Counted from the first letter of the stretch, positions 22,424-33,058 are shown. The stretch: 64,000 bases of DNA from Nitrosopumilus sp. (GCA_965223425.1 OZ245003.1:1-64000); one strand, 5' to 3'. Numbers and translations: made by a program. The notes: generated by a model not told the origin, from the letters alone.

Positions 22424-22479
22424 AAAGAATGAGAAGATCTATAAGAAAAGATCATCATATTTGAAAATTAAAAAAATTC

Positions 22480-22890
22480 CAATATGGCGGGTCTGTCCCT
22501 CAACGAGTCCTTGCAATTGACATCCTGACTATAATTTGTAACAAACGCTCTTCTCTCCTTGAGCATCCTGTAAACGACTCGCAGCAGCTTTGAGGCAGCA
22601 GCTGCTGCCGTTGCCCGTCCCTGCCTCTCTTCTTTGCAAGCCTCCTGTAGAATGCCGAAATGTCAGACTTGGGTGCATGCCTCACATGTGATAAAGCGCA
22701 CTTCTCTGCCAGAACCCGTCTGCATATGTCGCTTCCCCGGTGTGTTATGCGTCCATAGCGTACTGATTGGCAAGACGATCTCACAGACGGGACGGCGCCG
22801 ACACAAGAGCGCAGCTTGTGTGAGCTGACGAATCTTTCATACTGTCATGGTGCGTGCGATGACCGGTGCAGAGCATGGGATCCTTTTGAA
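22480..22890 (-). pseudogene. IS110-family transposase C-terminal remnant
   Basis: PSVRSS..RYGRITHRGS..RRVLAE..FYRRLAKKRG..AAASKLLRVVY (frameshifted); boundaries approximate. Confidence 0.75.
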
Positions 22891-23005
22891 TTTGAGCTAT
22901 TCTTATCATCATCTGATTTCCTTGATCGGGCACATAAGATTACGATGCAATAACAGATTATTTCTAATTTACTTCTTAAATACAGACATTTCATAAAAAT
23001 AACGC

Positions 23006-23329
23006 ATGAAAAAAGCAAAAGATGTTACAGGCTCTAATGAGTTTGGTGAATTCTTCAAATCATTATCAGAAGATGACCCTTTCAAAATAGAGATTAACAA
23101 GGCAAGAAAAATTCTACAGGAGGACTGCAGCAGAGGAGACAAGATATAGCATGACAGATGGCCTGATCACTATATTAAAAAATACAAAATAAACAATTTA
23201 TGGAGATATGATTTGTTAGATGGGAAAAGACTAGCCTATACAATTTTGGGATCATCAAAGGGTTTTATTGTCTCAATAATTGAGGCGTTTGCAAGTCATG
23301 CAGAATATGAGAAAAGATTTGGTTACTAG
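23006..23329 (+). pseudogene. RelE/ParE-like toxin with in-frame TAG at codon 48
   Basis: Manual translation ...RGDKI*HDRWPDHYIKKYKINNLWRYDLLDGKRLAYTI...SHAEYEKRFGY; TAG at 23147-23149. Confidence 0.65.
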
Positions 23330-23634
23330 AGAGAGTTTTGTAGCAGTTCGTGTTCCGGAGCATTGGAGAATATCCATACAATACTACCATCATTGTCATA
23401 AATTATTTTGTTAGACTTTTCTAAATATTCTAAAATTACCTTAAATGATTGATATTGAATTTGTCGTGGCAAGCTTCTCCACAGTTTGTTTTTGGTAGGA
23501 TAGTCTTTCATTCCAGATAGTGCATCTTCTACCATTTGTATTGATTCTAGCGTAGGATTGGGCTTTTTTGCAATTTTAGAATAACTTCTGGAAACAGTTT
23601 TCGGCTCTTTTTGAAAAAGTGATGCGCTAGCCAT
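23326..23634 (-). CDS. wHTH-like protein, putative antitoxin/regulator
   Basis: PTLESIQMVEDAL..LWRSLPRQIQYQSFKVILEYLEKSNKI; stop overlaps the toxin stop. Confidence 0.6.
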   Translation of the reverse strand: MASASLFQKEPKTVSRSYSKIAKKPNPTLESIQMVEDALSGMKDYPTKNKLWRSLPRQIQYQSFKVILEYLEKSNKIIYDNDGSIVWIFSNAPEHELLQNSL

Positions 23635-23662
23635 GTCATATTATAGCACATACTCGTATATA

Positions 23663-23694
23663 TATACATACATGTATACATACATGTATGTATA
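23663..23694. promoter_or_regulatory. Perfect 20-bp palindrome with 12-bp tandem duplication, putative operator
   Basis: TATACATACATGTATGTATA at 23675-23694, about 40 bp upstream of the 23634 start. Confidence 0.55.
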
Positions 23695-23981
23695 ATCCAT
23701 TTTAGGCGTAATTCAAAAAATTAAGATAAATTTTCAAGCAGTATTTTGCTCTTCAAAAAACGGTATAGATTATAACCTAAATTCTTCATAGATATTATTG
23801 AAAAAAAAGGCGTAATCTGAACCCATTTCTAAGAAATTAGATTTTTAGTATGAATAATTCTCTAGAATGAAGATGAATGAAAAGATCTAATGTAAAATAT
23901 TCTCTTTACTGCATTTTAATTGCATTATTGGCATCAGGCCCGGCGGCAGGACAGGACATGCGAGAGTATCACGACATCACA

Positions 23982-24078
23982 AGCTAAGCGAAATGTATCT
24001 CAAATCTGACATCAGATCAGCGATTTGAACCTGCACATGAAAAGTGGTTTTCTTAATCGTGGTACGTTTCGCTTAGCT
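23982..24078. mobile_element. MITE-like inverted-repeat element
   Basis: AGCTAAGCGAAATGTA ... TACGTTTCGCTTAGCT (16 bp, 1 mismatch); no TSD seen. Confidence 0.45.
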
Positions 24079-24125
24079 GCAATTCCACCAAGGTTTATAA
24101 CCAAAAATTGAGCATATAACGCAAA

Positions 24126-24506
24126 ATGGGGCTAGTCAGAGAAGTAATCAAGGAGATTGGAAACAAATCTAGGGAATTCTATGAATTTGTTTTGCCGCCA
24201 ATTGACATGTATCTAAATGATGATAGTCTTAAAGTGATAATCGACGTTCCAGGATTTGTCAAAAAAGATATCGAGTTGACTTTATGTGGAGACATACTTT
24301 CAATCAAGGCTCAAAAAGCTATTGACGAAAAAGAATCTGAATCATTAATTTCAAATCAAAGGCCCAACAGGATTGATAAAAAAATTAGGCTTCCCATTGA
24401 TGTAAAACAGGGCGAAGAAAAAATAAAGTCTGCAAGATACGAAAGTGGTATTCTTACACTAGTTATTTCCGTTACAAAAAAAGGGAAAAATATCCCAATC
24501 GAATGA
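24126..24506 (+). CDS. Small heat-shock protein (Hsp20/Hsp14)
   Basis: PPIDMY..IDVPGF..SARYESGILTL. Confidence 0.92.
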   Translation: MGLVREVIKEIGNKSREFYEFVLPPIDMYLNDDSLKVIIDVPGFVKKDIELTLCGDILSIKAQKAIDEKESESLISNQRPNRIDKKIRLPIDVKQGEEKIKSARYESGILTLVISVTKKGKNIPIE

Positions 24507-24507
24507 T

Positions 24508-26052
24508 CTAATATTTTCTAAGTAATGCCGAAGCTATCATTATCAGTCCAGAAGCAATTATTCCAACGGAACCAAGAAACTCGTTTGATGGATACAAGAA
24601 TGTAGAACCGAGAAAAGTTGCAGAAGCAAAAATACTTCCACTAAGTAAAGCCATGGGTTTTCTTTTTTTCATAAATATTTTGGCCTCATCCATAAATTTT
24701 TCCATATCAGGTCCTAATCGCAATGCTGAATCAATTGATTTTGAAAAGTTTTCAAATGAGATCTTTAATTCTTCAACATATGCTTTTGGAATCATATTTT
24801 CTTCTTCAAGTATATTTCTCAAAACTTTAACAAACTTAAAATCAACATTATGTGTTTTGTATATTCCTTCAATTATTGACGCCATTCTCATGTACAAAGC
24901 TAGATTTTTTGGCAGTACAAACGGAAACTTGCTCATAGTCTGATTTGCAAGCTCCATTAAACTTTGAACTTCCATTTCATCGGGTTTATTACCATGCATC
25001 GCACGAACTGAAAGCTCTATCCCCTTTTCAATTACTGCTCTATTGTATCCTGGGGTAAGCATTCCAAGATCATTCATAGCATTAACGACTCTTGGAGGAT
25101 TTTTTTCAACTAGGGCAAGATATAATCGAATTAGCTTGTGCCTTGTTTCATTGTTTATTCGCCCGACCATTCCATAGTCGTATAAAATGAGTTTTCCATC
25201 ATCAGTTATTGAGATATTTCCAGGATGAGGATCTGCATGGAAAATTGAGTGCTTGAGCAGCATGGTAAAAAATACCTTGTGCACGTCAATGACTAGTTGC
25301 TCTCTATCAATTCCCATCTCATCAAGGGCCTGTACATTAGTAACTTTGATGCCAGGAAGATATTCCATTGTAAGGACATTTTTTGAAGAAAGATCATCAA
25401 AGACCGAAGGTATGATCACTTTGCCGATTCTTTCCATATCCTTTTTTATTTTTTTGAGATTTGTAGATTCGGTAGAATAATCCATCTCCTCATAAATGGT
25501 TTCAATAAATTGAGAAAGCATAGCTTTTGCTGAGTAACGCAAGTTTGGATCAACAAATCTCAATGCTAATGGAAGGATTTTTTTTAGAACTTTGAGATCT
25601 TCTGCTACAATTTTTTCAATACCGGGCCTCTTTACTTTGATAACGATTTGTTGGCCGGAAATAGATCCACGATAAACTTGCCCTAGCGAAGCACCTGAAA
25701 TCGAATCAGTGTTTATTTCATCAAATTTTTCATTGATTGGTCCAAGATCATTTTCAATTATTGGTTTTACTTGATCAAAAGGAGCTGCAGGCACACTGTC
25801 TTGTAGTTTTGATAATTCTTCCAAATATGGCTGAGGCAAGATGTCTGCTCTGGAAGAGAGCCACTGGCCTAATTTTATGTAAACAGGGCCTAGTGAAATG
25901 AATGTGTTGAGCACCTTTCTGGCATTTTTTCGAAATTGTTCTGAATCAATTTGATTTTTCTCTTGATGAACCCATATTTTCCTGTCTTTACGTAATGCAA
26001 AAATTGATGGAAGCAGTTTAACAAGTACTTGAACAGTTCTAAACGAAGACAT
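24508..26052 (-). CDS. ABC1/UbiB (AarF) atypical kinase
   Basis: YIKLGQWLS, ASLGQVY, FHADPHPGN, DYGMVG. Confidence 0.94.
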   Translation of the reverse strand: MSSFRTVQVLVKLLPSIFALRKDRKIWVHQEKNQIDSEQFRKNARKVLNTFISLGPVYIKLGQWLSSRADILPQPYLEELSKLQDSVPAAPFDQVKPIIENDLGPINEKFDEINTDSISGASLGQVYRGSISGQQIVIKVKRPGIEKIVAEDLKVLKKILPLALRFVDPNLRYSAKAMLSQFIETIYEEMDYSTESTNLKKIKKDMERIGKVIIPSVFDDLSSKNVLTMEYLPGIKVTNVQALDEMGIDREQLVIDVHKVFFTMLLKHSIFHADPHPGNISITDDGKLILYDYGMVGRINNETRHKLIRLYLALVEKNPPRVVNAMNDLGMLTPGYNRAVIEKGIELSVRAMHGNKPDEMEVQSLMELANQTMSKFPFVLPKNLALYMRMASIIEGIYKTHNVDFKFVKVLRNILEEENMIPKAYVEELKISFENFSKSIDSALRLGPDMEKFMDEAKIFMKKRKPMALLSGSIFASATFLGSTFLYPSNEFLGSVGIIASGLIMIASALLRKY

Positions 26053-26057
26053 GACAA

Positions 26058-26441
26058 TTACTCCAAATAATTTTTAATTTTTTTAGTTGCAACGTATCCT
26101 GCATACCCAGAAATTATTGATGAGATGATGCTGGAGGTTAGAGTTAACTTTTTTGATTTTGTATTGATAAATTTTTTTGCAACTTGTGAACCGCCAAAAA
26201 TTGCACACCCCAAACCAATTAAAACCTCAGGTGCATCAAAAACTAAATGTCCGATGGGATCTTTTCTAGGATCAATTTTATCAGTGTGAATTAAAAATTT
26301 ATCATCATATTCCCTAATGTGCAAGTTACCATAGCGGTATTGCTTGTATGCCCCATTTTTTTGTCCAAGGAAAGTTTCTTCTGCTTCTTCTAGCATGAAT
26401 TCTCTTAATTCCTTTGGGACTTCAATTTCATCCCCAGTCAT
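26058..26441 (-). CDS. Hypothetical membrane protein
   Basis: 127 aa; LHIREY..HTDKIDP..GHL then hydrophobic C-terminus. Confidence 0.75.
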   Translation of the reverse strand: MTGDEIEVPKELREFMLEEAEETFLGQKNGAYKQYRYGNLHIREYDDKFLIHTDKIDPRKDPIGHLVFDAPEVLIGLGCAIFGGSQVAKKFINTKSKKLTLTSSIISSIISGYAGYVATKKIKNYLE

Positions 26442-26678
26442 AATCGCAAGATCCAGTAATTGTTTATAATCTTACGGTCTGTAGTGCTTCAGTCTAAGAC
26501 CAAAAACGGACTGTATTTTGGTGACGACTAGAGTGAATATTGTAAGTTAGTATTTAGATCTAACTGATAATTTCTACGCGTATCGTTTATTCAGACTCTA
26601 TAAACACGAGTCAGATAGACAGGATGGGGGTTTTTCCTAGAAAAATTCACACCGCCTATTGAATGCATAATAAAATGG

Positions 26679-26873
26679 CTAAGATGTTCTTAATCGATCT
26701 TTCGTAAACATAACAAAACTAATGGAAAAAGCTACCAACATTGCAACCCCTGGGATATATGCATAATTAAATCCAGTTCCAGAATGATCTTCCTGATGAG
26801 AGTAGTTGATTAGAAACGTTACAATTAACAAAATCATTCCAATAATTGTTAATTTTCTATGTGTCTCCAACAA
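26679..26873 (-). CDS. Small two-TM hypothetical protein
   Basis: 64 aa with two hydrophobic segments. Confidence 0.6.
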   Translation of the reverse strand: MLETHRKLTIIGMILLIVTFLINYSHQEDHSGTGFNYAYIPGVAMLVAFSISFVMFTKDRLRTS

Positions 26874-26967
26874 ACATGGCTTTGCTGTTAACTATATGAA
26901 TTTAGAATAATTTGGAGTCCTCAAAGAAGTGGTGTCGTGATAAATCCCACAATACTTCTTCCTGCTA

Positions 26968-27158
26968 TAGTAAGCACATAAAAAAACTGAATCATTTTGA
27001 CAATTATTTTTGGCCAAAAGATCCAAGACCGGCCATATCACACACATTACATGTACAAACAAAAAAAGAGACAGGTTGCAAGGGGATCAAAATTTCTGCC
27101 AAACACCGGCGTTACAGACCTCAAAAGGGCATACAAAAAAGAGACCGATCCCAGTTGA
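26968..27158 (+). pseudogene. IS630-family left-end remnant
   Basis: TA|TAGT end like the element at 52722; ORF from 27051 (..FLPNTGVTDLKRAYKKETDP) resembles the N-terminus MPTVKSEDLKKAYRREKNP of that transposase. Confidence 0.55.
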
Positions 27159-27487
27159 GTAATACTAGACTTTATGCATAATTGAATCATAAAAATTTTT
27201 CCGAAAGATTTAGATCCATTTTGATCGCCGCAACAGGTAATGGAATCTTCAGAACAGACTATACGCAGGCTGCAAAGGGAGCTCAAGTAAAAGGACACAG
27301 CAATCAAGCAGAACAACAGAACAATCAAGCAAAAGGACACAGCAATCAGCAAGCGCGAGAAGACGATTGGCCTGCTGCGCGAGCAGCAGCTGCTGCGCGA
27401 GGACAGCCTGTGGGCCGTTACAGATGCAGGCCGCTCTGATACGGACACGTCGCTGCTGCACAGCAGGGAGGTGATCCACGGCATACT

Positions 27488-27586
27488 AGACCTTATGCGT
27501 AATCGACTAAAAATTCAAAATCAAATTGGTTTACTAAGGCAAAAATTATCTCGCAATATTAGTTTGATCGATTATGCATAAGGTCT
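27488..27586. mobile_element. 99-bp MITE with 3-bp TSD (ACT)
   Basis: TIRs AGACCTTATGCGTAATCGA / TCGATTATGCATAAGGTCT; absent from copy 2; removal restores GGC ATA CTG CAC. Confidence 0.9.
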
Positions 27587-28555
27587 ACTGCACAACAGCG
27601 CAAAGCTTGCAGGGATTACCGTATGACCTTGACCAGTTTGACTACATCTACAATGACTTTGTGGCAGAGTCAAAGAAGCACAACAAAGACGCGCCGCTCT
27701 TTTCAGAGGACGAAACACCGGATCCCGGAAACCGTTGCCTGCCTGGCCGCAGGTTCGTCCTGCTGCTTGCGCTGTTCCGCAAGCGCTCAAACGTGACGCA
27801 GGACGCCCTGGGCGCTGTTTGATGTTGACCAGTCCACCGTGTGCAGGTACCTCCGGTTCGCAGATTCCGTGCTGGCAGGGATCCTGCCTACTGCAGACAG
27901 GATGACCCGTCTGGTAAAAAAGGCCGAGACATCAGAGCAGCTAGAGCAGCTAATGCCGGACAGAACCATCATAATTGACGGCACCGAGGCGGTGCCAAGG
28001 CAGCGTCCGCAGTACAGGGATAAAAGAAAAAACACGTACTCTGGCAAAAAGAAGCGCTTTACGATTAACACCACCATAACAACAAACAGGGCAGGGCCTG
28101 ATACTTGCAGCAGGCAGGTCCTTTGAGGGCGGGACGCACGACCTTACCATGATAAGAGAGGATCCGACAGACTGGCAGGTGGTCTGAATCCATGTACAAA
28201 AAGGACACTCCGGAAAAGGACAGGATACGGGTGCTTGCAGACAAGGGGTACCAGGGATGCCAATCACTACGAGGGAATGGCACTTGAGATGCCTGAAAAA
28301 AAGAGGCCGCAGGCGGAGCTGACGCAGCAGCAAAAGGACTCCAACAAAAGGATCAGCGCCAAGAGGGTAAAGGTGGAGCACTCTATTGGAAGAATAAAGC
28401 AGTGGGCAAGGATGACAGACCCGTACGACGGCACGGTAGAGGAGTTTCGCGAGGAACTAGTTGTGTGTACCGGCCTTGCAAACTTTGGTTTGCTGTGGGA
28501 TGCGAAAAGAAAGCAGCCGTCACTTGGTTATTGACGGTACGATACTGGGTGCATC

Positions 28556-28579
28556 ATGATGATGATGATGATGATGATG
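28556..28579. repeat. (GAT)n microsatellite in the IS right end
   Basis: About 7-8 ATG/GAT units; absent at the equivalent position in copy 2. Confidence 0.85.
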
Positions 28580-29340
28580 CACCGCAAGAGTGCGCACGGA
28601 TTTCTAATTTCTGCGAATTTACACGGCCTTTTGCGTCAAAATTAAATAATTTCCTGGACTGGCTTTGTGTGTCTTGGTAATGTATGCTGTAGAAAAAAAT
28701 TTGACGGGTCAATTACGTATAAAGTCTTTTGTATGAAATTTTACTGCATTTACACAATTTTTAAAAAACTCCTTAACCATTTTGATACGTATTATTTCGT
28801 GTAGGTTGTTTTACATATGAAAATATAATTCCCAAAAATTTTGTACTGCTAAAAAAGATAGAAACATGAAAAACTTGATATTAATAAATTCACCAAAAAT
28901 AGAAAAACTGAATGTCTGTTTGACATTTCGATCAAATTATGCTATCAAGAATGAAATTTTTGTGTTTTACTTATTATCAAGTGTGTTTACAAAATATTGT
29001 TGAGAATGTTAGGGGTTTTCAATAATACTGAATTTAGTTTAATGTTAGGTATGATTAATAACCAATTTTTTGAGATAATGACACAAAATGTGGAGGTCAA
29101 TTGTATCATTCTCTAGTTCTAGAATGAGCCTATTATGATTGTTTTATATGGTGCCTACAATGTTGTGTGTATTTTTTTCAGACAAGCTGATAGAGAAGTT
29201 TAACCGAGAGCACGATCAGTAATGAATACTTTGTATGCACATCATAAAATTTTACTCTTTAGTAAACTTGATAGTTTAAATTGTCTTTTAGAATTTGATT
29301 TGATTAGAATGTTAAATATGCAAAAGGAGTATAATAGTAT

Positions 29341-29625
29341 ATGATGAAAGCGGAACCAAATCCATATCATAAAGTAATTGCATGTCCATCTAAGCTTTAC
29401 ATTATGGATCAGCTTCACAAACAAGGAAGAATAGGTGTTGAGAATATAATTAATGATTCAAACATTTTTCGTCCTAGTGTTGAACGTCACATAAAGGAAC
29501 TTCTTCAAGACAACCTTGTATCCAAACATGATGATGGTAGATTTCTCATTATTACAAATCAAGGAAAAAAAGTTGTTAGATATATTGACGGCGGTAAAGA
29601 ATCTTTACGTGCTTTAAGTCATTGA
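29341..29625 (+). CDS. ArsR-like winged-helix protein
   Basis: IACPSKLYIM..SVERHIKELLQDNLV..ITNQGK. Confidence 0.7.
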   Translation: MMKAEPNPYHKVIACPSKLYIMDQLHKQGRIGVENIINDSNIFRPSVERHIKELLQDNLVSKHDDGRFLIITNQGKKVVRYIDGGKESLRALSH

Positions 29626-29632
29626 AGAAAAA

Positions 29633-30013
29633 TTATTTTTTGTTATTGTTTTCATCTCTGTATCTTTTTCTTAAATCTTCTCCGTATTGATTTATTTCAT
29701 CAATAGCAAATCTCAATTTTTCTTTAACTTCGTCAACCTTTTCAATGGATACTTTATCTCTTAATCGAGAAACTAATTCATCTACTGATGCCATGTTACT
29801 AAGCATGTTATTTGCAGAAGTTTTCTTTTCATTATTATCAAAATCTCTTTTAACAATATATACAATAATACCTAGCACGCCTACAGCTAAAATGAATAAT
29901 AAAATTTTACTTAGAGGATCAGCAGCTACAGTAATTTCTAATCCCAATGCAACGCCTTCTGTAATTGCTAGTGCAGTAACTTGCATCCATGTACGTATTT
30001 TAGAAAAATCCAT
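29633..30013 (-). CDS. Two-TM protein with C-terminal helical/coiled-coil domain
   Basis: 126 aa from ATG 30013 (MDFSKIRTW); two hydrophobic helices; convergent with the wHTH gene. Confidence 0.6.
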   Translation of the reverse strand: MDFSKIRTWMQVTALAITEGVALGLEITVAADPLSKILLFILAVGVLGIIVYIVKRDFDNNEKKTSANNMLSNMASVDELVSRLRDKVSIEKVDEVKEKLRFAIDEINQYGEDLRKRYRDENNNKK

Positions 30014-30342
30014 TACAATCTCCTTGTAAAAGTTAGGATCAATGTGGGTATAAATGATACGTGATTTCTTTCTCAAAGTTCGGTTCAAAAATATTGACAC
30101 TACTACTATGAAGTTCATACAAGCATAACAACGATCATAGATGACGATGATCGTAACATCGAAACTGATCAAAAAGTTTTAAAAAATGATCATTACTAGT
30201 TTTTTATTTGTGGTTTTCAGATAACATACAGTTACTTACACTTTAGATATATCAGGCTCCTCTTAGAAACTATGTTCACTACAAATCATATCTTTTACAG
30301 CAAATTCATTTTTGTAGATTTGAGCCTACGAAAATCTATAGT

Positions 30343-31748
30343 AGACTTTATGCACAATTGAATCGTCAAAATTTTTCCGAAAGACTTGGATCTATTTTGA
30401 TCGCCACAACAGGTAATGGAATCTCCAGAACAGACGATACGCAGGCTGCAAAGGGATCTCAAGCAAAAGGACAGGACAATCAAGCAAAATAACAGAACAA
30501 TCAGCAAGCACAACAAGATCATCGCTTCACTCCGTGAGCAGCTAAAACTTGAAGACAACCTGTGGAACGTGACCGGAGATGCGAACCGCCTCAAGACAGA
30601 GACGGCACTGCTTCACAGCAGGGAGGCAATCCACGGCATGCTACACAACGACGCAAAGCTTGCAGGCATTACGTCATTTGGAACAGACCAGTTCGGCTAC
30701 ATCTACGACCGGTTTGCAGCCGAGTCAAAAAACGACGGCGCGCCGCTCTTTTCAGAGGACGGGACGCCGGATCCCGGAAACTGCTACCTGCCTGGCCGCA
30801 GATCCGTCCTGCTGCTTGCGCTGTTCTGCAAGAGGCCAAACGTGACGCAGGACACACTGGGTGTGCTGTTTGATGCAGACCAGTCCACAGTGTGCAGGTA
30901 CCTCCGGTTCGCAGATTCCGTGCTGGCAGGGATTCTGCCGACTGCAGACAGGATGACCAGTCTGGTAAAAAAGGCCAAGACGCCTGAGCAGCTCGAAGAG
31001 ATAATGCCGGACAGAACCATCATAATTGACGGCACCGAGGCGGTGCCAAGATGGCGTCCGCAGTACAGGGATGCAAGAAAAAACACGTACTCTGGCAAAA
31101 AGAAGCGCTTTACGATTAACACCACCATAACAACAAACAGGGCAGGGCCTGATACTTGCAACAGGCATGTCCTTTGAGGGCGGGACGCACGATCTTGCCA
31201 TGATAAAAGAGGATCCGGCAGGTGGTCTGAATCCATGTACAAAAGGGACACGCCCGAAAAGGACAGGATACGGGTGTCTGCAGACAAGGGATGCCAGGAA
31301 TGTCAATCACTACGAGGGAATAGCACTTGAGATGCCGGAAAAAAAGAAGCCGCGGTCGGAGCTGACGCAGCAGCAAAAGGACTCGAACAAAAGGATCAGC
31401 GCCAAGAGGGTAAGGCGGGGGAGCACGCCATCAGAAGAATAAGGCAGCGGGCGAGGATGGCAGACCCGTATGACGGCACGGTAGAGGAGTTTTGCGAGGA
31501 ACCGGCTGCGTGCGCAGACCTTGCGAACTTTCAACTGCTGTGGGATGCAAAAAGAAAGCGGCCGTCACTTGACTATCAACGGCACAGCACAGGGTGCATG
31601 AGGCACTGCAAGTGCGCACGGGTTTTGAATTTCTGCGAATTTACAATGATCTTTTGCATCAAAATTAAATAATTTCTTGGATTGGCTTTGTGTGTTTGGT
31701 AGTGTGTGCTGTAGAAAAAATTTGACGGGTCAATTAACCATAAAGTCT
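30343..31748 (+). mobile_element. IS5-family element, copy 2, frameshifted
   Basis: TIRs AGACTTTATGCACAATTGA / TCAATTAACCATAAAGTCT; transposase from 30416, co-linear with copy 1. Confidence 0.88.
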
Positions 31749-31753
31749 AATCT

Positions 31754-33058
31754 TTAATTTGGCTCTATTGCAGCTTTTTTACGCCTACGTACCACGTAAA
31801 ACCCAATTCCTACTGCCAAAATAATTGGGACAATTATCATTGCTGGGTCATAACCATCCTCATTACCGTTTGATGGTTCATTAACAGAGATTGTTGTGTC
31901 ATGAGTAAGAAAGATCTCATCTCTGACACTGTCTTTGTATCTTACAGTGACGGTAATGTCATGTTCTCCGTAACTTGGATCGCCATCAAATTCAATAGGA
32001 ACATTAAATGGTACAGGTGCGTCTACTTCAATTTCATCAATGAATTGAGTGTTTGATTTTATATTGGAGTTTCCACGAGGCTCAACAGATACAAAACCAA
32101 ACAGGCCATCTTCATTTCCTTCATTAATTATTTCTCCAATTACCATTTGTGTTCCAGATAATTCAATTACGTTGACATTGAAAATACTAAGATCAATTAA
32201 TCCTTTAATGTAAAAGTCTACAATCTTTGAAATCACATGCTGATCGCCGTGTGCATTATAATATGAGATAGACAAGGGAATTCTCAGAGTATCTCCTTTT
32301 AGTGATTCAGGGACATATACTGTTGCAGTAAGTTGTCTTGCAGATTTAGGATCAATATGGCCTATATCCCAGTTTGATTCTAAAATGACAACATTTTCTA
32401 CATTTGTAGTTGATGAGGACGTGGATGCAAGTTCAGTTTGGGTGTTAGTGGCAACAATATCTACGCCAGAAATTGGAGCAGTTCCATCATTGGCAATTTC
32501 AATTACTACATTATTGGATTTCAAAGACGTAAGAAATGGTTCTAGTGCCCTTACATTGATAACACTATCACCTGTTACTTTGAAATCAAAGTCGGCAAAG
32601 ATCGTTCTAACTCCAGATTCTCTCAATCTAGAATAGTCAACTTTTACAGTTCCCGGATATTGCTGAATTTGTATATTTTTATCCAGATTTACAAAAAATG
32701 TCAAATGAAAATAGTCTCCAGCTATAGAATTAGCGTCACTATCAGCATGAATGGTGGAGCCTGGACCATCAGATGCGGAAAAACCAAATGGCAGTGACAG
32801 TTGACCCCTGATTCCGGTAATGTCTTGTGTTCCGACATTTGCTAGTACAACAGTAAATGGAACATTGTTATCTCCTGCCTCAACTTCGATTTTTTGATCT
32901 ATTGTACCAAAGTATGCGTCTAGGAATTTAACGTCTCCAAAGTCTCGTTCAAAGGGAGAATTGCCAAAGCCTCCGGAGATAATTTGTCCAAAGGAATTAT
33001 CAAAAAGAAAAGGAACAAGTGCAATAACAAACAATGGCAACAAAAATTTGAGATTCAT
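31754..33058 (-). CDS. S-layer/CARDB-like (COG1361) membrane-anchored protein
   Basis: Signal peptide, Ig-like repeats, C-terminal TM + RRRKK; in operon with ABC genes. Confidence 0.75.
   Translation of the reverse strand: MNLKFLLPLFVIALVPFLFDNSFGQIISGGFGNSPFERDFGDVKFLDAYFGTIDQKIEVEAGDNNVPFTVVLANVGTQDITGIRGQLSLPFGFSASDGPGSTIHADSDANSIAGDYFHLTFFVNLDKNIQIQQYPGTVKVDYSRLRESGVRTIFADFDFKVTGDSVINVRALEPFLTSLKSNNVVIEIANDGTAPISGVDIVATNTQTELASTSSSTTNVENVVILESNWDIGHIDPKSARQLTATVYVPESLKGDTLRIPLSISYYNAHGDQHVISKIVDFYIKGLIDLSIFNVNVIELSGTQMVIGEIINEGNEDGLFGFVSVEPRGNSNIKSNTQFIDEIEVDAPVPFNVPIEFDGDPSYGEHDITVTVRYKDSVRDEIFLTHDTTISVNEPSNGNEDGYDPAMIIVPIILAVGIGFYVVRRRKKAAIEPN

Larger units (their letters stand above)
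27167..28727 (+). mobile_element. IS5-family (HTH_Tnp_4/DDE_Tnp_4 type) element, copy 1, inactivated
   Basis: TIRs AGACTTTATGCATAATTGA / TCAATTACGTATAAAGTCT; IIDGTE, YSGKKK, DKGY, RVKVEHSIGRIK in broken frames; internal MITE. Confidence 0.88.

Noticed and set aside
22480-22890. IS110 bridge-RNA system
   Set aside because: Only a frameshifted C-terminal remnant; the RuvC-like domain and a definable non-coding end are missing
23147-23149. Amber read-through (pyrrolysine) in the RelE-like gene
   Set aside because: No pyl genes in the window and TAG is a normal stop in many core genes here; a nonsense mutation is simpler
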